From an uncultured Acidimicrobiaceae bacterium (lineage in GTDB: Bacteria; Actinomycetota; Acidimicrobiia; Acidimicrobiales; Bog-793): 64,000 nt of DNA. The notes under the pieces were generated by a model, which was not told the DNA's origin, made no database searches, and saw only the letters and a program-made list of their open reading frames with translations. The translations under genes were made by a program, and so were the position numbers. Below are positions 9,960 through 19,896 of this stretch, one piece after another; the stretch's first letter is position 1; the number at the start of each line of letters is the position of its first letter. The DNA is taken from NCBI GenBank assembly GCA_963785415.1, contig CAWAVB010000001.1, positions 1,443,922 to 1,507,921 of the forward strand, in the 5' to 3' direction.

Positions 9960-11363
9960 TCAGCTCGGACCGGCGCGCTCGACGTCCCACCAGGCGTCGA
10001 GCCGCCGACCGACCTCGTCGGCGCCGAGGAGGCCCTCCTCGAGCCGGATCTCGAGGAGGAACTGCAACGCCCGGCCGACCGTCTTGCCCGGCGGGATCCC
10101 AAGGCGCGCCATCACGGCGTCGCCGTCGAGCTCGGGGCGGATCGCGTCGAGGGCTTCGCGCTCGGCGAGGCGGGCGAGCCGCCGCTCGAGCTCGTCGACG
10201 CCGACCTCGAGCTCGCGGGCGCGATCGGGGTTGCGCGTCGTGCAGTCCGCCCGCGTCAGCTCGTTGAGGCGACCGAGTAGCGGGCCGGCGTCGCGGGCGT
10301 AACGCCGCAGCGCCGAGTCGGTCCAGCCCATCTGGTAGGTGTGGAACCGCAGGTGCAGCTCGATGAGCCGGCTGATCTCGTCGATCTCGGCCGTCGGGTA
10401 GCGCAGTGCCGTGAGGCGCTGGCGCGCCAGGCGCGCACCGACGACGTCGTGGTGGTGGAACGTGACCCCGTCCGGCCCGATCTCCCGCGTCCTCGGCTTG
10501 CCGATGTCGTGGAACAGCGCGGCGAGCCGGAGCACCCGGTCAGGGCGGGTCTTGCCGACGACCGCGATCGTGTGGGCGAGCACGTCCTTGTGCCGGTGGA
10601 CGGCGTCCTGTTCGAGGGCGAGCGCCGGGAGCTCCGGCAGGAACTCGGCGGCAAGGCCCGTGCGCACGACGAACCACAGCCCCGCCTCCGGGTCCGGCAG
10701 CACGATCAGTCGGTTCAACTCGTCGCGGATCCGCTCGGCCGAGACGATCGAGAGCCGTTGGCGCAGGGCGCTCACGGCGGAAACGAGCTCCCCGGTCGGT
10801 TCGAGCGAATACCCGGCGAGGAACCGGGCGGCGCGCAGCATGCGCAACGGGTCGTCCGAGAACGACACCGTCGGGTCGAGCGGGGTGCGCAGGGTGCGGG
10901 CCGCGAGGTCCCCGAGGCCGTCGAACGGGTCGACGAGCTCGAGGGCGGGGAGCGCGAGCGCCATCGCGTTGACGGTGAAGTCCCGGCGGGAGAGGTCGGC
11001 GACGATGTCGTCGCCGAACCGAACCTCGGGCTTGCGCGATTCGGGCAGGTACGCCTCGGCGCGGTGCGTCGTGATCTCGAACCGGCGCCCCGCGTGCAGA
11101 CAACCAATCGTGCCGAAGCGCTTGCCCTGGAGCCACACCGCTTCGGCCCACCCGGCGACGAGGTGCTCGATCTCGTCGGGAGTCGCGTCGGTCGTGAGGT
11201 CGATGTCGGCCTCCGGACCGAACGGCTCGCCACCTCCCGGAGGCCCGACGACGGCGTCGCGCACCGTCCCGCCGACGACGTAGATGCGCCGTCCGACCGC
11301 GACAAAACGCTCCACGAGCTCCGTCGTCTCCTCGACGACGGGCCGAACCCGTTCGGGGACCAC
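9960..11363 (-). CDS. cca: CCA tRNA nucleotidyltransferase / poly(A) polymerase family protein with an HD domain
   Basis: VVGGTVRDAVVG...DIDLTT nucleotidyltransferase motif and HD motif LFHDIGKP. It occupies the position of Mtb pcnA (Rv3907c). Confidence 0.85.
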   Translation of the reverse strand: MVPERVRPVVEETTELVERFVAVGRRIYVVGGTVRDAVVGPPGGGEPFGPEADIDLTTDATPDEIEHLVAGWAEAVWLQGKRFGTIGCLHAGRRFEITTHRAEAYLPESRKPEVRFGDDIVADLSRRDFTVNAMALALPALELVDPFDGLGDLAARTLRTPLDPTVSFSDDPLRMLRAARFLAGYSLEPTGELVSAVSALRQRLSIVSAERIRDELNRLIVLPDPEAGLWFVVRTGLAAEFLPELPALALEQDAVHRHKDVLAHTIAVVGKTRPDRVLRLAALFHDIGKPRTREIGPDGVTFHHHDVVGARLARQRLTALRYPTAEIDEISRLIELHLRFHTYQMGWTDSALRRYARDAGPLLGRLNELTRADCTTRNPDRARELEVGVDELERRLARLAEREALDAIRPELDGDAVMARLGIPPGKTVGRALQFLLEIRLEEGLLGADEVGRRLDAWWDVERAGPS

Positions 11364-11485
11364 GGCTCGTGAGGGTAGCCTGCGGCCCGCCCCGACCCCC
11401 GGGATCGGTGCAGTCCTGTCAGAACCAGGAATCGGCCCGACAGTAGGCTCCCGTCGAACGGCGCGATCGGAGGACGTCGCTACCC

Positions 11486-13609
11486 GTGGCTTGCTCGCAG
11501 GTACCGAACGGCAGAATCGCGGCGCGAGCCGCCCGCGCCGTCGTCCTCGCCGCGACGCTCACGGCGGCCTTCGTCGGGGTGGTCGCCACGTCCCCGTCGG
11601 CCTCGGGGATCGGCTCCCGACGCCCGAAGAGCACGAGCATCTCACTCTCCTCCCAGACGAACTGGGTCACCGGGTCGTCGATGTCCCTCGACGTGGCGAT
11701 CCACTCGCTCGACAAGCGCGCCAAGCTCGGTCTCAAGCTCACGGTCTACTCCCGCCTCACGAGCCGGTACGCGCTCGGCCTCGCCGAGACCGGCAAGCAA
11801 TCCCCGGACGAACTCGTCCTCGACGCGACGCCGATCATCCCCTTGCGCGCGTTGCGCGTGACGGGGACCGGGGTACTCGGAGTGGCGATGCACGTGCGCG
11901 TGGCGGCCTCGGCGTCGCTCAAACCGGGTGGGATCGGGTCCTCCAGGCTCGCGCTCGACTGCGCGCCGCTCGCCTGTGACGGCGTCTACCCGTTGGTCGT
12001 GACCGTCGTCGACACGGCGAACGACACGCCACTCGCGTCACTCACGACCTTCCTCATCTACGTCGCCGGCCAGCCCGGGCGCAATCCGCTGCGCGTCGCG
12101 CTCGTGTTGCCCCTCGGGGCGACGCCCGTGCTGACCGCCTCCGGGTCCCCGGCGCTTCCGGCGAAGACGGTCCAAGCGCTCGCCGGGGTCCTCGACACGG
12201 TCGAGGACCACCCCACGGACCACGTGAGCTTCGAGCTCTACCCGCAGCTCCTCGTGGCCCTCGCCGAGTCGCGATCTCCCCAGGCCGCGACGGTCCTCAC
12301 CGACCTGCGCGCCCTCGCCCACCAGGCGGCGCCGTCAGGCCCGGCCGAGTTCCTCGAAGCGCCGTTCACGCCCGTGGATCTCGACCGACTGACCGCAGCC
12401 GGGGTGGGCAGCGGACTCAGCACCCAGCTCGCCGCGGCAAAGGGAGTCTTCCGATCGGAGCTCGGGGTGGCGCCGCCGCGGAACGTCTACCTCTCGACGA
12501 CGCCCATCGACGCCGCCAGCGTCGCCTCCCTCGCCGCGGCACACGTCGGCCGTGTCATCCTCCCGGAGACGGAGCTGCCCGCCGCCTCGTCGCTGTCGCT
12601 CACGTCACCGCTCAACCTGTCCATTTCGGCCGGTTCGACGCGGTCGTCGGCGGCGCGTCTCACCGCCGCCGTCGCCGACTCGGCCCTCGCCGCCCACCTC
12701 GCCCCCGGCACGAGCCCGGTCCTCGCCGCCCACCAGTTCCTCGCCGACGTCGCCCAGACGTTTTTCGAGGAGCCCTTCGGCGCCCAGGCCCGGGGCGTCG
12801 TCGTCGCCCTTGGGACGATCCCGAGCTCGTCCTTGCTCTCCATGGTTCTCGAAGGTCTCGCGTCGAGCCCGATCGCCAAGCCGGCGACCGTGGCCTCCGT
12901 GTTCTCCGCGGTCCCGGTCGGCGCCGACGGGGCGCCGACGCACCTCGCCCCGGCGCCGGACCACACGAGGCCCTCGTACGCGTTCACCTCCTCGATCGAG
13001 GGCGCGTTCTCGATGATCCGGGCGATCGACTCGATCGTCCCCGATGACCACGCGTTCATCGCCGACACCGAGGACGCGGTCCTCCTCGCCGAGACGGCGG
13101 GACTCCGCCGTGGGCTCTGGGCGCACTACGCCGCCGAACCGCTGGCGGCCGTCTCCCGCATCGAGCACGATCTCACCCTCGCCGGGACGAGGACCGTCAC
13201 CCTCACCCAGCGCCAGGCCAAGGTCCCGCTCACGATCGTTTCGGCGTTCCCGAGCCCGATCCACGCGACCCTCGAACTCTCGAGCGGCACCCTCGCGATC
13301 GCGCCGGGTGACTTCAACCGGTCGGTCGTCCTCGCGCACAAGAACTCTCCCTTCGTCATCCCGGTGACGGCGCGCACGTCCGGCGTCTCGACGCTCACCA
13401 TCGAGCTCGTTTCACCGCGCGGTGGGATCGTGCTTTTCGAGGACGTCTACACCGTCCGGTCCACGGCGTTCTCCATCGTCGCCGTCGGGCTGTCGATCGC
13501 CGCCCTCCTCGTGCTCGGGCTGTGGTGGTTGCGCTCGCACGTCCGCCGGAGGCGGCGGCGGGCCCAGGCTCCGGCCGTCCCCGGGCCCGCCCCGACGAGC
13601 GCCGAGTGA
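11486..13609 (+). CDS. large secreted, C-terminally membrane-anchored conserved protein (Rv3909/DUF6049-like)
   Basis: Signal-peptide-like N-terminus and a C-terminal TM helix (FSIVAVGLSIAALLVLGLWWL) followed by RRRRR. It sits directly upstream of, and overlaps, murJ, as in mycobacteria. Confidence 0.6.
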   Translation: MACSQVPNGRIAARAARAVVLAATLTAAFVGVVATSPSASGIGSRRPKSTSISLSSQTNWVTGSSMSLDVAIHSLDKRAKLGLKLTVYSRLTSRYALGLAETGKQSPDELVLDATPIIPLRALRVTGTGVLGVAMHVRVAASASLKPGGIGSSRLALDCAPLACDGVYPLVVTVVDTANDTPLASLTTFLIYVAGQPGRNPLRVALVLPLGATPVLTASGSPALPAKTVQALAGVLDTVEDHPTDHVSFELYPQLLVALAESRSPQAATVLTDLRALAHQAAPSGPAEFLEAPFTPVDLDRLTAAGVGSGLSTQLAAAKGVFRSELGVAPPRNVYLSTTPIDAASVASLAAAHVGRVILPETELPAASSLSLTSPLNLSISAGSTRSSAARLTAAVADSALAAHLAPGTSPVLAAHQFLADVAQTFFEEPFGAQARGVVVALGTIPSSSLLSMVLEGLASSPIAKPATVASVFSAVPVGADGAPTHLAPAPDHTRPSYAFTSSIEGAFSMIRAIDSIVPDDHAFIADTEDAVLLAETAGLRRGLWAHYAAEPLAAVSRIEHDLTLAGTRTVTLTQRQAKVPLTIVSAFPSPIHATLELSSGTLAIAPGDFNRSVVLAHKNSPFVIPVTARTSGVSTLTIELVSPRGGIVLFEDVYTVRSTAFSIVAVGLSIAALLVLGLWWLRSHVRRRRRRAQAPAVPGPAPTSAE

Positions 13610-15279
13610 GCTCGCCGACGCCACCCGTCGACGGAGTCGGCGTCCTCGGAAGTCGTTCGCGCACCAAGCGGCTCGCCCGCGCCTCGCTCGGCACGGGGCT
13701 CGGCACCATCGTCTCCCGCGTCACCGGGCTCGCCCGTCTCGTCGTCCTCGCCTACGCGCTTGGCGGCTCACGCCTCGCCGACTCGTTCAACTTGGCGAAT
13801 AACACACCGAACGCGCTGCACGACCTCGTCCTCGGGGGGGTCCTCGCGGCGACGTTCGTCCCGGTCTTCGTCGAGCGGCTGTCGACGCGGACCGAGAAGG
13901 AAGCGATCGAGTCGATCTCGGCGGTCGTCACGATGGCGAGCGTCGTCCTCGTCGTCGCGACGGTCGCCTTCGTCCTCGCCGCGCCGGCGCTCATCACGCT
14001 GTTCACGTTCGGCAAGGCCACCCCGGCCGAGCACTCTGTCGCCGTCGAGCTCCTCCGGTTCTTCGCGCCCCAGCTCCTCTTCTACGGGGCGATCAGCCTC
14101 ATGTCGGCGGTGCTCGCGACGCGTGACCGCTTCGGCACCGTCGGCTTCGTGCCCGTCGTCAACAACCTCGTCGGGATCGGCGTCCTCGCCGCCTTCGCCG
14201 AGATGGCCCGCCACGCGACCATCACGCAGGTCCAACACGACCACGGCCTAATCGTGCTGCTGGGGGTCGGGACGACGCTCGGCGTCGTGCTCCAGGCGGT
14301 CGCGCTCGTCCCGGCGATGCGCCGGACGCACCTGCGGCTGCGATTCCGGTGGAACCCGCACGATCCCGCGATCCGCATGATCGTACGGCTGTCGGGGTGG
14401 ACGTTCGGATTCGTTTTCGCCAACCAGATCGCCCTTTTCGTCGTGCTCGCCCTCGAGTTCCACGTCGGACCCGGAGCGGTCAGCGCCTACACGTACGCTT
14501 ACGCCTTTTTCCAGTTCCCGTTCGCCGTCGTCGCGACGTCGATCATCAACGTCGCCTCGCCGGACCTCGCCCGCCTGCGCACGGCCCGCCGCTGGCACGA
14601 GCTCGGGCTCCGCTTCGGCGCCGCCCTGCGCCAGGTTCTCGCGCTCATCCTGCCAGCGACGGTCGGTTACCTGATCCTCGCCCGCCAGGCAGTCGAGCTC
14701 CTCCTCCAGCACGGTGCCGAGGGGGCTTCGGCCGCGCACCTCACGGCCTCGGTCCTGGCGCTGTTCGCGCTCGGCCTGCCGGGGTTCTGCGTGTTCTTCC
14801 TGGCGACCCGCGCCTTCCAGGCGATGCAGGACACGCGGACGGCCTTCGTGCTCTACGTGCTCGAGAACGGTCTGAACATCCTCGTCGCCGTGCTCCTGTA
14901 CCGCCCGCTCGGGGTCCGCGGGCTCGCGCTCTCGTACTCCGTCGCCTACACGGTCGCCGCGTTCGCCGCCCTGTCGGTGCTGCGCGAGCGGCTCGGGACG
15001 ATCGGCGGCCGGCCGCTGTGGTCCTCGTCGGCCCGCTCGCTCGTCCTCAGCCTCGTGATGGCCTTCGCCGTCGCCCTTGTCGCCGCGGTGGTCGGCACCG
15101 GCTACGGGATCGGCGGCTGGATCCGCCTTCTCCTCGTCATCGCGGCGGGTGCCGCCGTCTACCTCGGCAGCGCCGGTGTCGCAGCGACCCTGCAGGGCTG
15201 GCAGACTTCGCGCCGCGCGACCCGTCAATTGAGTGGACCTGCAAAGGGGAACCGTGGGACCCATCCGCGTCGTCACTGA
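13606..15279 (+). CDS. murJ: lipid II flippase MurJ (MviN)
   Basis: Polytopic MOP-family protein with N-terminal motif RVTGLARLVVLAYALG...FNLANNTPN. The GTG at 13606 overlaps the upstream stop as GTGA. The track ORF opens at 13522. Confidence 0.85.
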   Translation: MSSPTPPVDGVGVLGSRSRTKRLARASLGTGLGTIVSRVTGLARLVVLAYALGGSRLADSFNLANNTPNALHDLVLGGVLAATFVPVFVERLSTRTEKEAIESISAVVTMASVVLVVATVAFVLAAPALITLFTFGKATPAEHSVAVELLRFFAPQLLFYGAISLMSAVLATRDRFGTVGFVPVVNNLVGIGVLAAFAEMARHATITQVQHDHGLIVLLGVGTTLGVVLQAVALVPAMRRTHLRLRFRWNPHDPAIRMIVRLSGWTFGFVFANQIALFVVLALEFHVGPGAVSAYTYAYAFFQFPFAVVATSIINVASPDLARLRTARRWHELGLRFGAALRQVLALILPATVGYLILARQAVELLLQHGAEGASAAHLTASVLALFALGLPGFCVFFLATRAFQAMQDTRTAFVLYVLENGLNILVAVLLYRPLGVRGLALSYSVAYTVAAFAALSVLRERLGTIGGRPLWSSSARSLVLSLVMAFAVALVAAVVGTGYGIGGWIRLLLVIAAGAAVYLGSAGVAATLQGWQTSRRATRQLSGPAKGNRGTHPRRH

Positions 15280-16093
15280 CAACGGCTCCGACCTGCCGGC
15301 GTCCCTCCTCGAGCTCCACGGGATCGCCGAGGTGCCCCTCGACGTGCGGCTCGGCGACACCGACGCCGCGGAGCTTCGCGGGGTGAGCGCCGAGCGGTTC
15401 TGGGAGATCGCCCGGCGCTCCGAAGCGCTCGCCGAGACCTCGGCGCCGGCGCCGGGCGCTTTCCACGACGTCTTCGCGGCCGCGGCCGACGACGGTTGCG
15501 CCGGCGTCGTCTGCGTCACGCTCTCCTCGGGGCTGTCGGCCACCTACCAGGCGGCCTGCGCCGGCGCAGAACCCTTCGCCGGCAAGTTCCCCGTCGCGGT
15601 CATCGACTCCCTCGCCGCCACGGTCGCCGAGGGGTTGCTCGCCCTCGAGGCCGCCGAGCTCGCCGAGGCGGGCGCGACGTTCGACGACATCGTGGCGACC
15701 ATCCGGGCCGACGTCCCGAAGACCTTCGTCTACGGCACGACCGAGACGCTCGAGTACCTGCGCCGGGGCGGGCGGATCGGCAACGCCCAGGCATTCTTCG
15801 GTTCGATGCTGTCGATCAAGCCGGTGATCACGGTGCGGGCAGGAGTCGTCGAGGCCGAATCCCGCCAGCGCACCCGGGCGCGCTCGCTCGAGTACCTCGC
15901 CGGGATCCTCGGGCGGGTCGGGCCCCTGAAGCGACTCGCCATCGGCCACGCCGACGCCAGCGACCTCGACGTGTTCCTCGACCTGTGCGCGCCGCACTTC
16001 CCGCGGGCCGAGACCCTCGTCGCCTACATCGGGCCGATCATCGGCGCCCACACCGGCCCGGGAACCGTCGCCGCGTGCCCGATCCTCCAATGA
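15254..16093 (+). CDS. DegV family fatty-acid-binding protein
   Basis: IRVVTDNGSDLP...SSGLSATYQAA...YLRRGGRIG. The GTG at 15254 is preceded by AAGGGGA. The track ORF opens at 15233. Confidence 0.8.
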   Translation: MGPIRVVTDNGSDLPASLLELHGIAEVPLDVRLGDTDAAELRGVSAERFWEIARRSEALAETSAPAPGAFHDVFAAAADDGCAGVVCVTLSSGLSATYQAACAGAEPFAGKFPVAVIDSLAATVAEGLLALEAAELAEAGATFDDIVATIRADVPKTFVYGTTETLEYLRRGGRIGNAQAFFGSMLSIKPVITVRAGVVEAESRQRTRARSLEYLAGILGRVGPLKRLAIGHADASDLDVFLDLCAPHFPRAETLVAYIGPIIGAHTGPGTVAACPILQ

Positions 16094-16139
16094 CTCCGGC
16101 TTCCTCCCTCGCCGCCCGCCGTGCCGTAACCTCGCGACC

Positions 16140-16469
16140 ATGAAACGGGACGACGACGCTTCCCGGGACCAGGACTGGGCGGCGCGGGTCGCCGGGGCGG
16201 TCGACCTGCTCATCGGCGACGTCCGCGACCGCGCCCTCCATCCGATCTTCGTCGCCGTGCGCGCCGTCGTGCTCGCCGCGGTCGTGGCCTCCCTCGTCCT
16301 CGCCGTCGCGACGGCGATCGTCATCGGCCTCGTCCGGCTGTTCGACACCTCGGTCTTCGGTGGGCGGGTCTGGGCGACCGACCTCTTGCTTGGTGGAATC
16401 TTCCTCGCCGCTGGGATGTTGTTGTGGGCGCTGAGCGGAAAACCGAGGAAGAGGACGGCTGGTGACTGA
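16140..16469 (+). CDS. small hypothetical membrane protein (2-3 TM)
   Basis: Hydrophobic segments [24 protein letters not shown] and [17 protein letters not shown]. Its stop overlaps the trxB start region. Confidence 0.4.
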   Translation: MKRDDDASRDQDWAARVAGAVDLLIGDVRDRALHPIFVAVRAVVLAAVVASLVLAVATAIVIGLVRLFDTSVFGGRVWATDLLLGGIFLAAGMLLWALSGKPRKRTAGD

Positions 16470-17448
16470 CCGAGAATCCGAGGCGCGACTCCCGTCCTCC
16501 GACGTGCGCGACGTCATCATCATCGGCTCCGGCCCCGCGGGGCTGACCGCCGCGGTCTACGCCGCCCGCGCCGATCTCCGCCCGCTCGTCATCGCCGGCG
16601 AGCCCTCCTCGACGAGCGACCAGCCCGGCGGCCAGCTGATGCTGACGACGGAGGTCGAGAACTTCCCGGGCTTCCCCGAGGGCGTGATGGGGCCCGACTT
16701 GATGGAACGGTTCCGCGCCCAGGCGGAGCGGTTCGGTGCGGAGATCGTCACGGCCAAGGTCTCCCGGGTCGACCTCTCCTCGCCGCCGTTCGGGGTCTGG
16801 ACGGCGGACCCGGCGGACGCTGCGCCCACCTACCGGGCGAGGTCGGTCATCGTCGCCACCGGCGCGCGGGCGCTTGCCCTCGGCATCCCGGGCGAGGCGG
16901 AGCTCACCGGGCACGGCGTCTCGACCTGCGCGACCTGTGACGGGTTCTTCTTCCGGGATCAGCCGATCGCCGTCGTCGGCGGGGGCGACTCCGCGCTCGA
17001 GGAGGCGATGTTCCTCTCGCGCTTCGCGAGCTCCGTCCTCGTCGTCCACCGCCGCAGGAAGTTGCGGGCCTCGAAGATCATGCAGGAAAGGGCGAATCAC
17101 GACCCGAAGATCTCCTTCGCCTACGACACCGTCGTCGCCGAGATCCTCGGCAACGGCAAGGTCGCCGGCCTCCGCCTCGCCGACGTGGCGACCGGCGAGC
17201 AGCGCGACCTCGCCGTCGACGGCGTGTTCGTCGCCATCGGGCACGCCCCGAACACCGCCCTTTTCCGCGACCAGCTCGAGATGGACGAGGCGGGCTACAT
17301 CCGCACCCACGACGGCACGTCGACGAGCGTCGCCGGCGTCTTCGCCTGCGGCGACGTCCAAGATCACGTCTACCGCCAGGCGGTGACCGCCGCCGGCTCG
17401 GGCTGTGCCGCGGCGCTCGACGTCGACCGCTATCTCGCCTCGGCCTGA
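16462..17448 (+). CDS. trxB: thioredoxin-disulfide reductase
   Basis: [19 protein letters not shown] motif, redox-active CATCDG, and the [15 protein letters not shown] motif. Confidence 0.92.
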   Translation: MTDRESEARLPSSDVRDVIIIGSGPAGLTAAVYAARADLRPLVIAGEPSSTSDQPGGQLMLTTEVENFPGFPEGVMGPDLMERFRAQAERFGAEIVTAKVSRVDLSSPPFGVWTADPADAAPTYRARSVIVATGARALALGIPGEAELTGHGVSTCATCDGFFFRDQPIAVVGGGDSALEEAMFLSRFASSVLVVHRRRKLRASKIMQERANHDPKISFAYDTVVAEILGNGKVAGLRLADVATGEQRDLAVDGVFVAIGHAPNTALFRDQLEMDEAGYIRTHDGTSTSVAGVFACGDVQDHVYRQAVTAAGSGCAAALDVDRYLASA

Positions 17449-17503
17449 CCGTGGCGCCCGGCGGGGCCGGGAATTCGGTCGTCGCTCGGTTGCGGGCTGG
17501 TCT

Positions 17504-17800
17504 CTAAGGGTGCGGTCCGATGTTTACAACCGTGATCTCGCCTCGATCGGGTCCGTAGAACCACCAGATGCGCCACGCGGAGGGCGCGTCGTTCTCCACG
17601 TATGACTCCCAGATGGGCTCCCGGTCCGGACCGCGGCTCGTGATCGCCTCGAACCTGTGACTGGCCAAGCTCGGGTAATTGGGGTCCTGCTCAAGCTTCG
17701 CCAGGCATCGGACAACTTTGCGATATTTCCCCTGGTCAGACCGTTCGAGGTCTGCGATGGTCGCCGTTACGTTTTCGGTCAAAAGGAGAACGAACGGCAC
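17504..17800 (-). CDS. RelE/ParE-superfamily toxin-like protein
   Basis: 98 aa. The C-terminal pattern AWRIWWFYGPDRGEITVVNIGPHP and the mid-region LAKLEQDPNYP resemble RelE/ParE-fold toxins. The gene lies in a visibly lower-GC insert. Confidence 0.5.
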   Translation of the reverse strand: MPFVLLLTENVTATIADLERSDQGKYRKVVRCLAKLEQDPNYPSLASHRFEAITSRGPDREPIWESYVENDAPSAWRIWWFYGPDRGEITVVNIGPHP

Positions 17801-17890
17801 GAAACCACACTATATTATCTGTGTACCATTGGTGCAAACGGACCACTGGCCCACTTTGACTGGTCGCACAAAATGGGTAAGATATGCGGC

Positions 17891-18187
17891 ATGACCCCTC
17901 AAGTCGACTCCGTTGAGGTCGAACTGGATTCGCGCCAGCGCCTTCCGCTGGCACGAATCGTCGGCCCGACGCAACGCAGGTTCCGCGTCGTCAGGCTGGA
18001 GGGCGGCGATTACCTCGTCACGCCGGTTGTATCGATCTCGGAGAGGGAATTGGCGATGCTGCAGAACCCCGTCGCTCGCGCGTCCCTCGACGAGGGGATC
18101 CAACAGGCCGCCAGCGGAGAGGTCATCCGCCACAAACGGGGGCATTTCACACGCCTAGCAGAGCGATTGGACGCTGACGAGGACTAG
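17891..18187 (+). CDS. AbrB/SpoVT-like putative antitoxin or DNA-binding protein
   Basis: VEVELDSRQRLPLARIVGP...GDYLVTPVVSISERE resembles a swapped-hairpin AbrB/MazE domain. It is divergent from the toxin-like gene across a 90-bp AT-richer spacer. An alternative ATG lies at 17873. Confidence 0.4.
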   Translation: MTPQVDSVEVELDSRQRLPLARIVGPTQRRFRVVRLEGGDYLVTPVVSISERELAMLQNPVARASLDEGIQQAASGEVIRHKRGHFTRLAERLDADED

Positions 18188-18300
18188 GTTCCCCTCGACC
18201 AGAACGGTCCACTACCGGGAATTCCCCCGCTGGATGTGCTGTTCTATTGAGGGCGTCCGCACGGTAGCGACCGCTGTGCGGACCAAGATCGCCAAGGAGG

Positions 18301-18633
18301 ATGACGGTGACGGTGACCACAGAAGCGGTGACGGACAGCACCTTCGACGAGGAGGTCGCCCACTCCGAAACGCCCGTCCTCGTCGACTTCTGGGCCGAGT
18401 GGTGCGGGCCGTGCAAGATGATCGCCCCCGCCCTCGAGGAGATCGCCGCCGAGAAGCAAGGCAGCCTGCGCGTTCTCAAGCTGAACGTCGACGACAACGT
18501 GGCGACGGCCCGGCGTTACGACGTCATGAGCATCCCGACGCTCATCTTGTTCAAAGGCGGCGAGATCCAAGCCCGCATCGTCGGCGCGAAGGGGAAATCG
18601 GCCCTGCTCGCGGACATCGAGCCGCACCTGTAG
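18301..18633 (+). CDS. trxA: thioredoxin
   Basis: [10 protein letters not shown] active site and a strong AAGGAGG Shine-Dalgarno sequence upstream. Confidence 0.92.
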   Translation: MTVTVTTEAVTDSTFDEEVAHSETPVLVDFWAEWCGPCKMIAPALEEIAAEKQGSLRVLKLNVDDNVATARRYDVMSIPTLILFKGGEIQARIVGAKGKSALLADIEPHL

Positions 18634-18688
18634 GGACCACCGGGCCAGACGTTTCTTCGCCCCGGGCGCGCCCACCTAGCATGGCCGC

Positions 18689-19699
18689 GTGGACGACGCG
18701 GAATCCCGGCCCCCCGTCGGCTCCACGCTGCCGCTGAGAAAGGGCGACGACGGCGAGGCGGTCGCCGACCTCCAGCGCCGGCTCGCCGGGGTCGGTTTCC
18801 CGGCCGACGACCCCCCGGGCGTCTTTTCTGACGCGACCGTGGCGGCCGTCCTCTCTTTCCAGGCCGACCGCGGTCTGCCCGCCGACGGCGAGTGCACCGC
18901 CCAGACCTGGTCGGCCATCGTCGAGGCCGGTTTCGGGCTCGGTTCGCGCCTTCTCTATCGCAAGACCCCGATGCAGCGTGGCGATGACGTCGCCGAGCTC
19001 CAACGACGCCTCAGCCGGCTCGGCTTCGACACCGGCCGGGTCGACGGGATCTTCGGCGACCAGACGGTCACCGCCCTCATGGACTTCCAGCGCAACACCG
19101 GGCTCTTAGTCGACGGCATCTTCGGCCGGCGCACCCTCGACGAGCTCGACCGCTTCTCGATCCGGGCGGGGGCGTCGAACCTCGTCACGCCGTTGCGGGA
19201 GTGGCTCGCCGTCGAGAGCGGCGCCGCGGACCTCCACAACCGGCGCGTCGCGGTCGCCGAACCGGGGGGCTTCGCGACCGGGGCAGCCGCGCTCTGCCGG
19301 GCGCTGCGCGAAGCCGGCGCGGCGGCCGTCCTCTCCTTCTCGCACCCCGACCCGTCGCGCCAGGCGGCCGAGGCGAACGCGACCGGGGTGGACTGCCTCA
19401 TCGGCCTCGCCCTCGTGCCCGAGGTCCGGACCTGCACCACCGCCTACTACCGGGGGTTCCGCTACGAGTCGGCGGCCAGCCGCAGGCTCGCCGAGCTCGT
19501 CCAGGCCGAGCTGCCCGCGGCACTCCGCCTCGACGACGGCGGCACGGCCGGCATGGCGCTGCCGATCCTGCGCGAGACGCGCATGCCGGCGGTGGAGATC
19601 CAACTCGGCGCGCCGGAACTCGTCATCCCGAGAACGACCGAGCTCGCCCGGGTGGTCGTTTCCGCCCTCACGACCTGGGTTTGCGCTGCTTGGGAGTGA
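18689..19699 (+). CDS. cwlM: N-acetylmuramoyl-L-alanine amidase-like protein with two peptidoglycan-binding repeats (CwlM type)
   Basis: Two PG_binding_1-like repeats (GDDGEAVADLQRRLAGVGF... and GDDVAELQRRLSRLGF...) plus an amidase_3-like C-terminus. It sits after trxA, as Rv3915 does. Confidence 0.8.
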   Translation: MDDAESRPPVGSTLPLRKGDDGEAVADLQRRLAGVGFPADDPPGVFSDATVAAVLSFQADRGLPADGECTAQTWSAIVEAGFGLGSRLLYRKTPMQRGDDVAELQRRLSRLGFDTGRVDGIFGDQTVTALMDFQRNTGLLVDGIFGRRTLDELDRFSIRAGASNLVTPLREWLAVESGAADLHNRRVAVAEPGGFATGAAALCRALREAGAAAVLSFSHPDPSRQAAEANATGVDCLIGLALVPEVRTCTTAYYRGFRYESAASRRLAELVQAELPAALRLDDGGTAGMALPILRETRMPAVEIQLGAPELVIPRTTELARVVVSALTTWVCAAWE

Positions 19700-19896
19700 T
19701 CCGCCGCCGTCCACAAGCTGTGCATGAGCTTGTGGATCAACTTGTACCGACGCGTTAGCGGCATCCGGTCACATACCCGTCACCCGGTTGTTGCCTTGCG
19801 GTCGCGCAGAAGTGTTCTCCCTATTAGGAAGCGGTATTGGCAATCGAGCGCCAACAACCGTCTGGCGGCCGGCGGGGGGACGGATGGGTCGAACCC

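Noticed and set aside
14248-16348. 431-aa and 403-aa minus-strand ORFs
   Set aside because: They are antisense to murJ and degV, with charged low-complexity translations. The plus-strand genes have clear family signatures.
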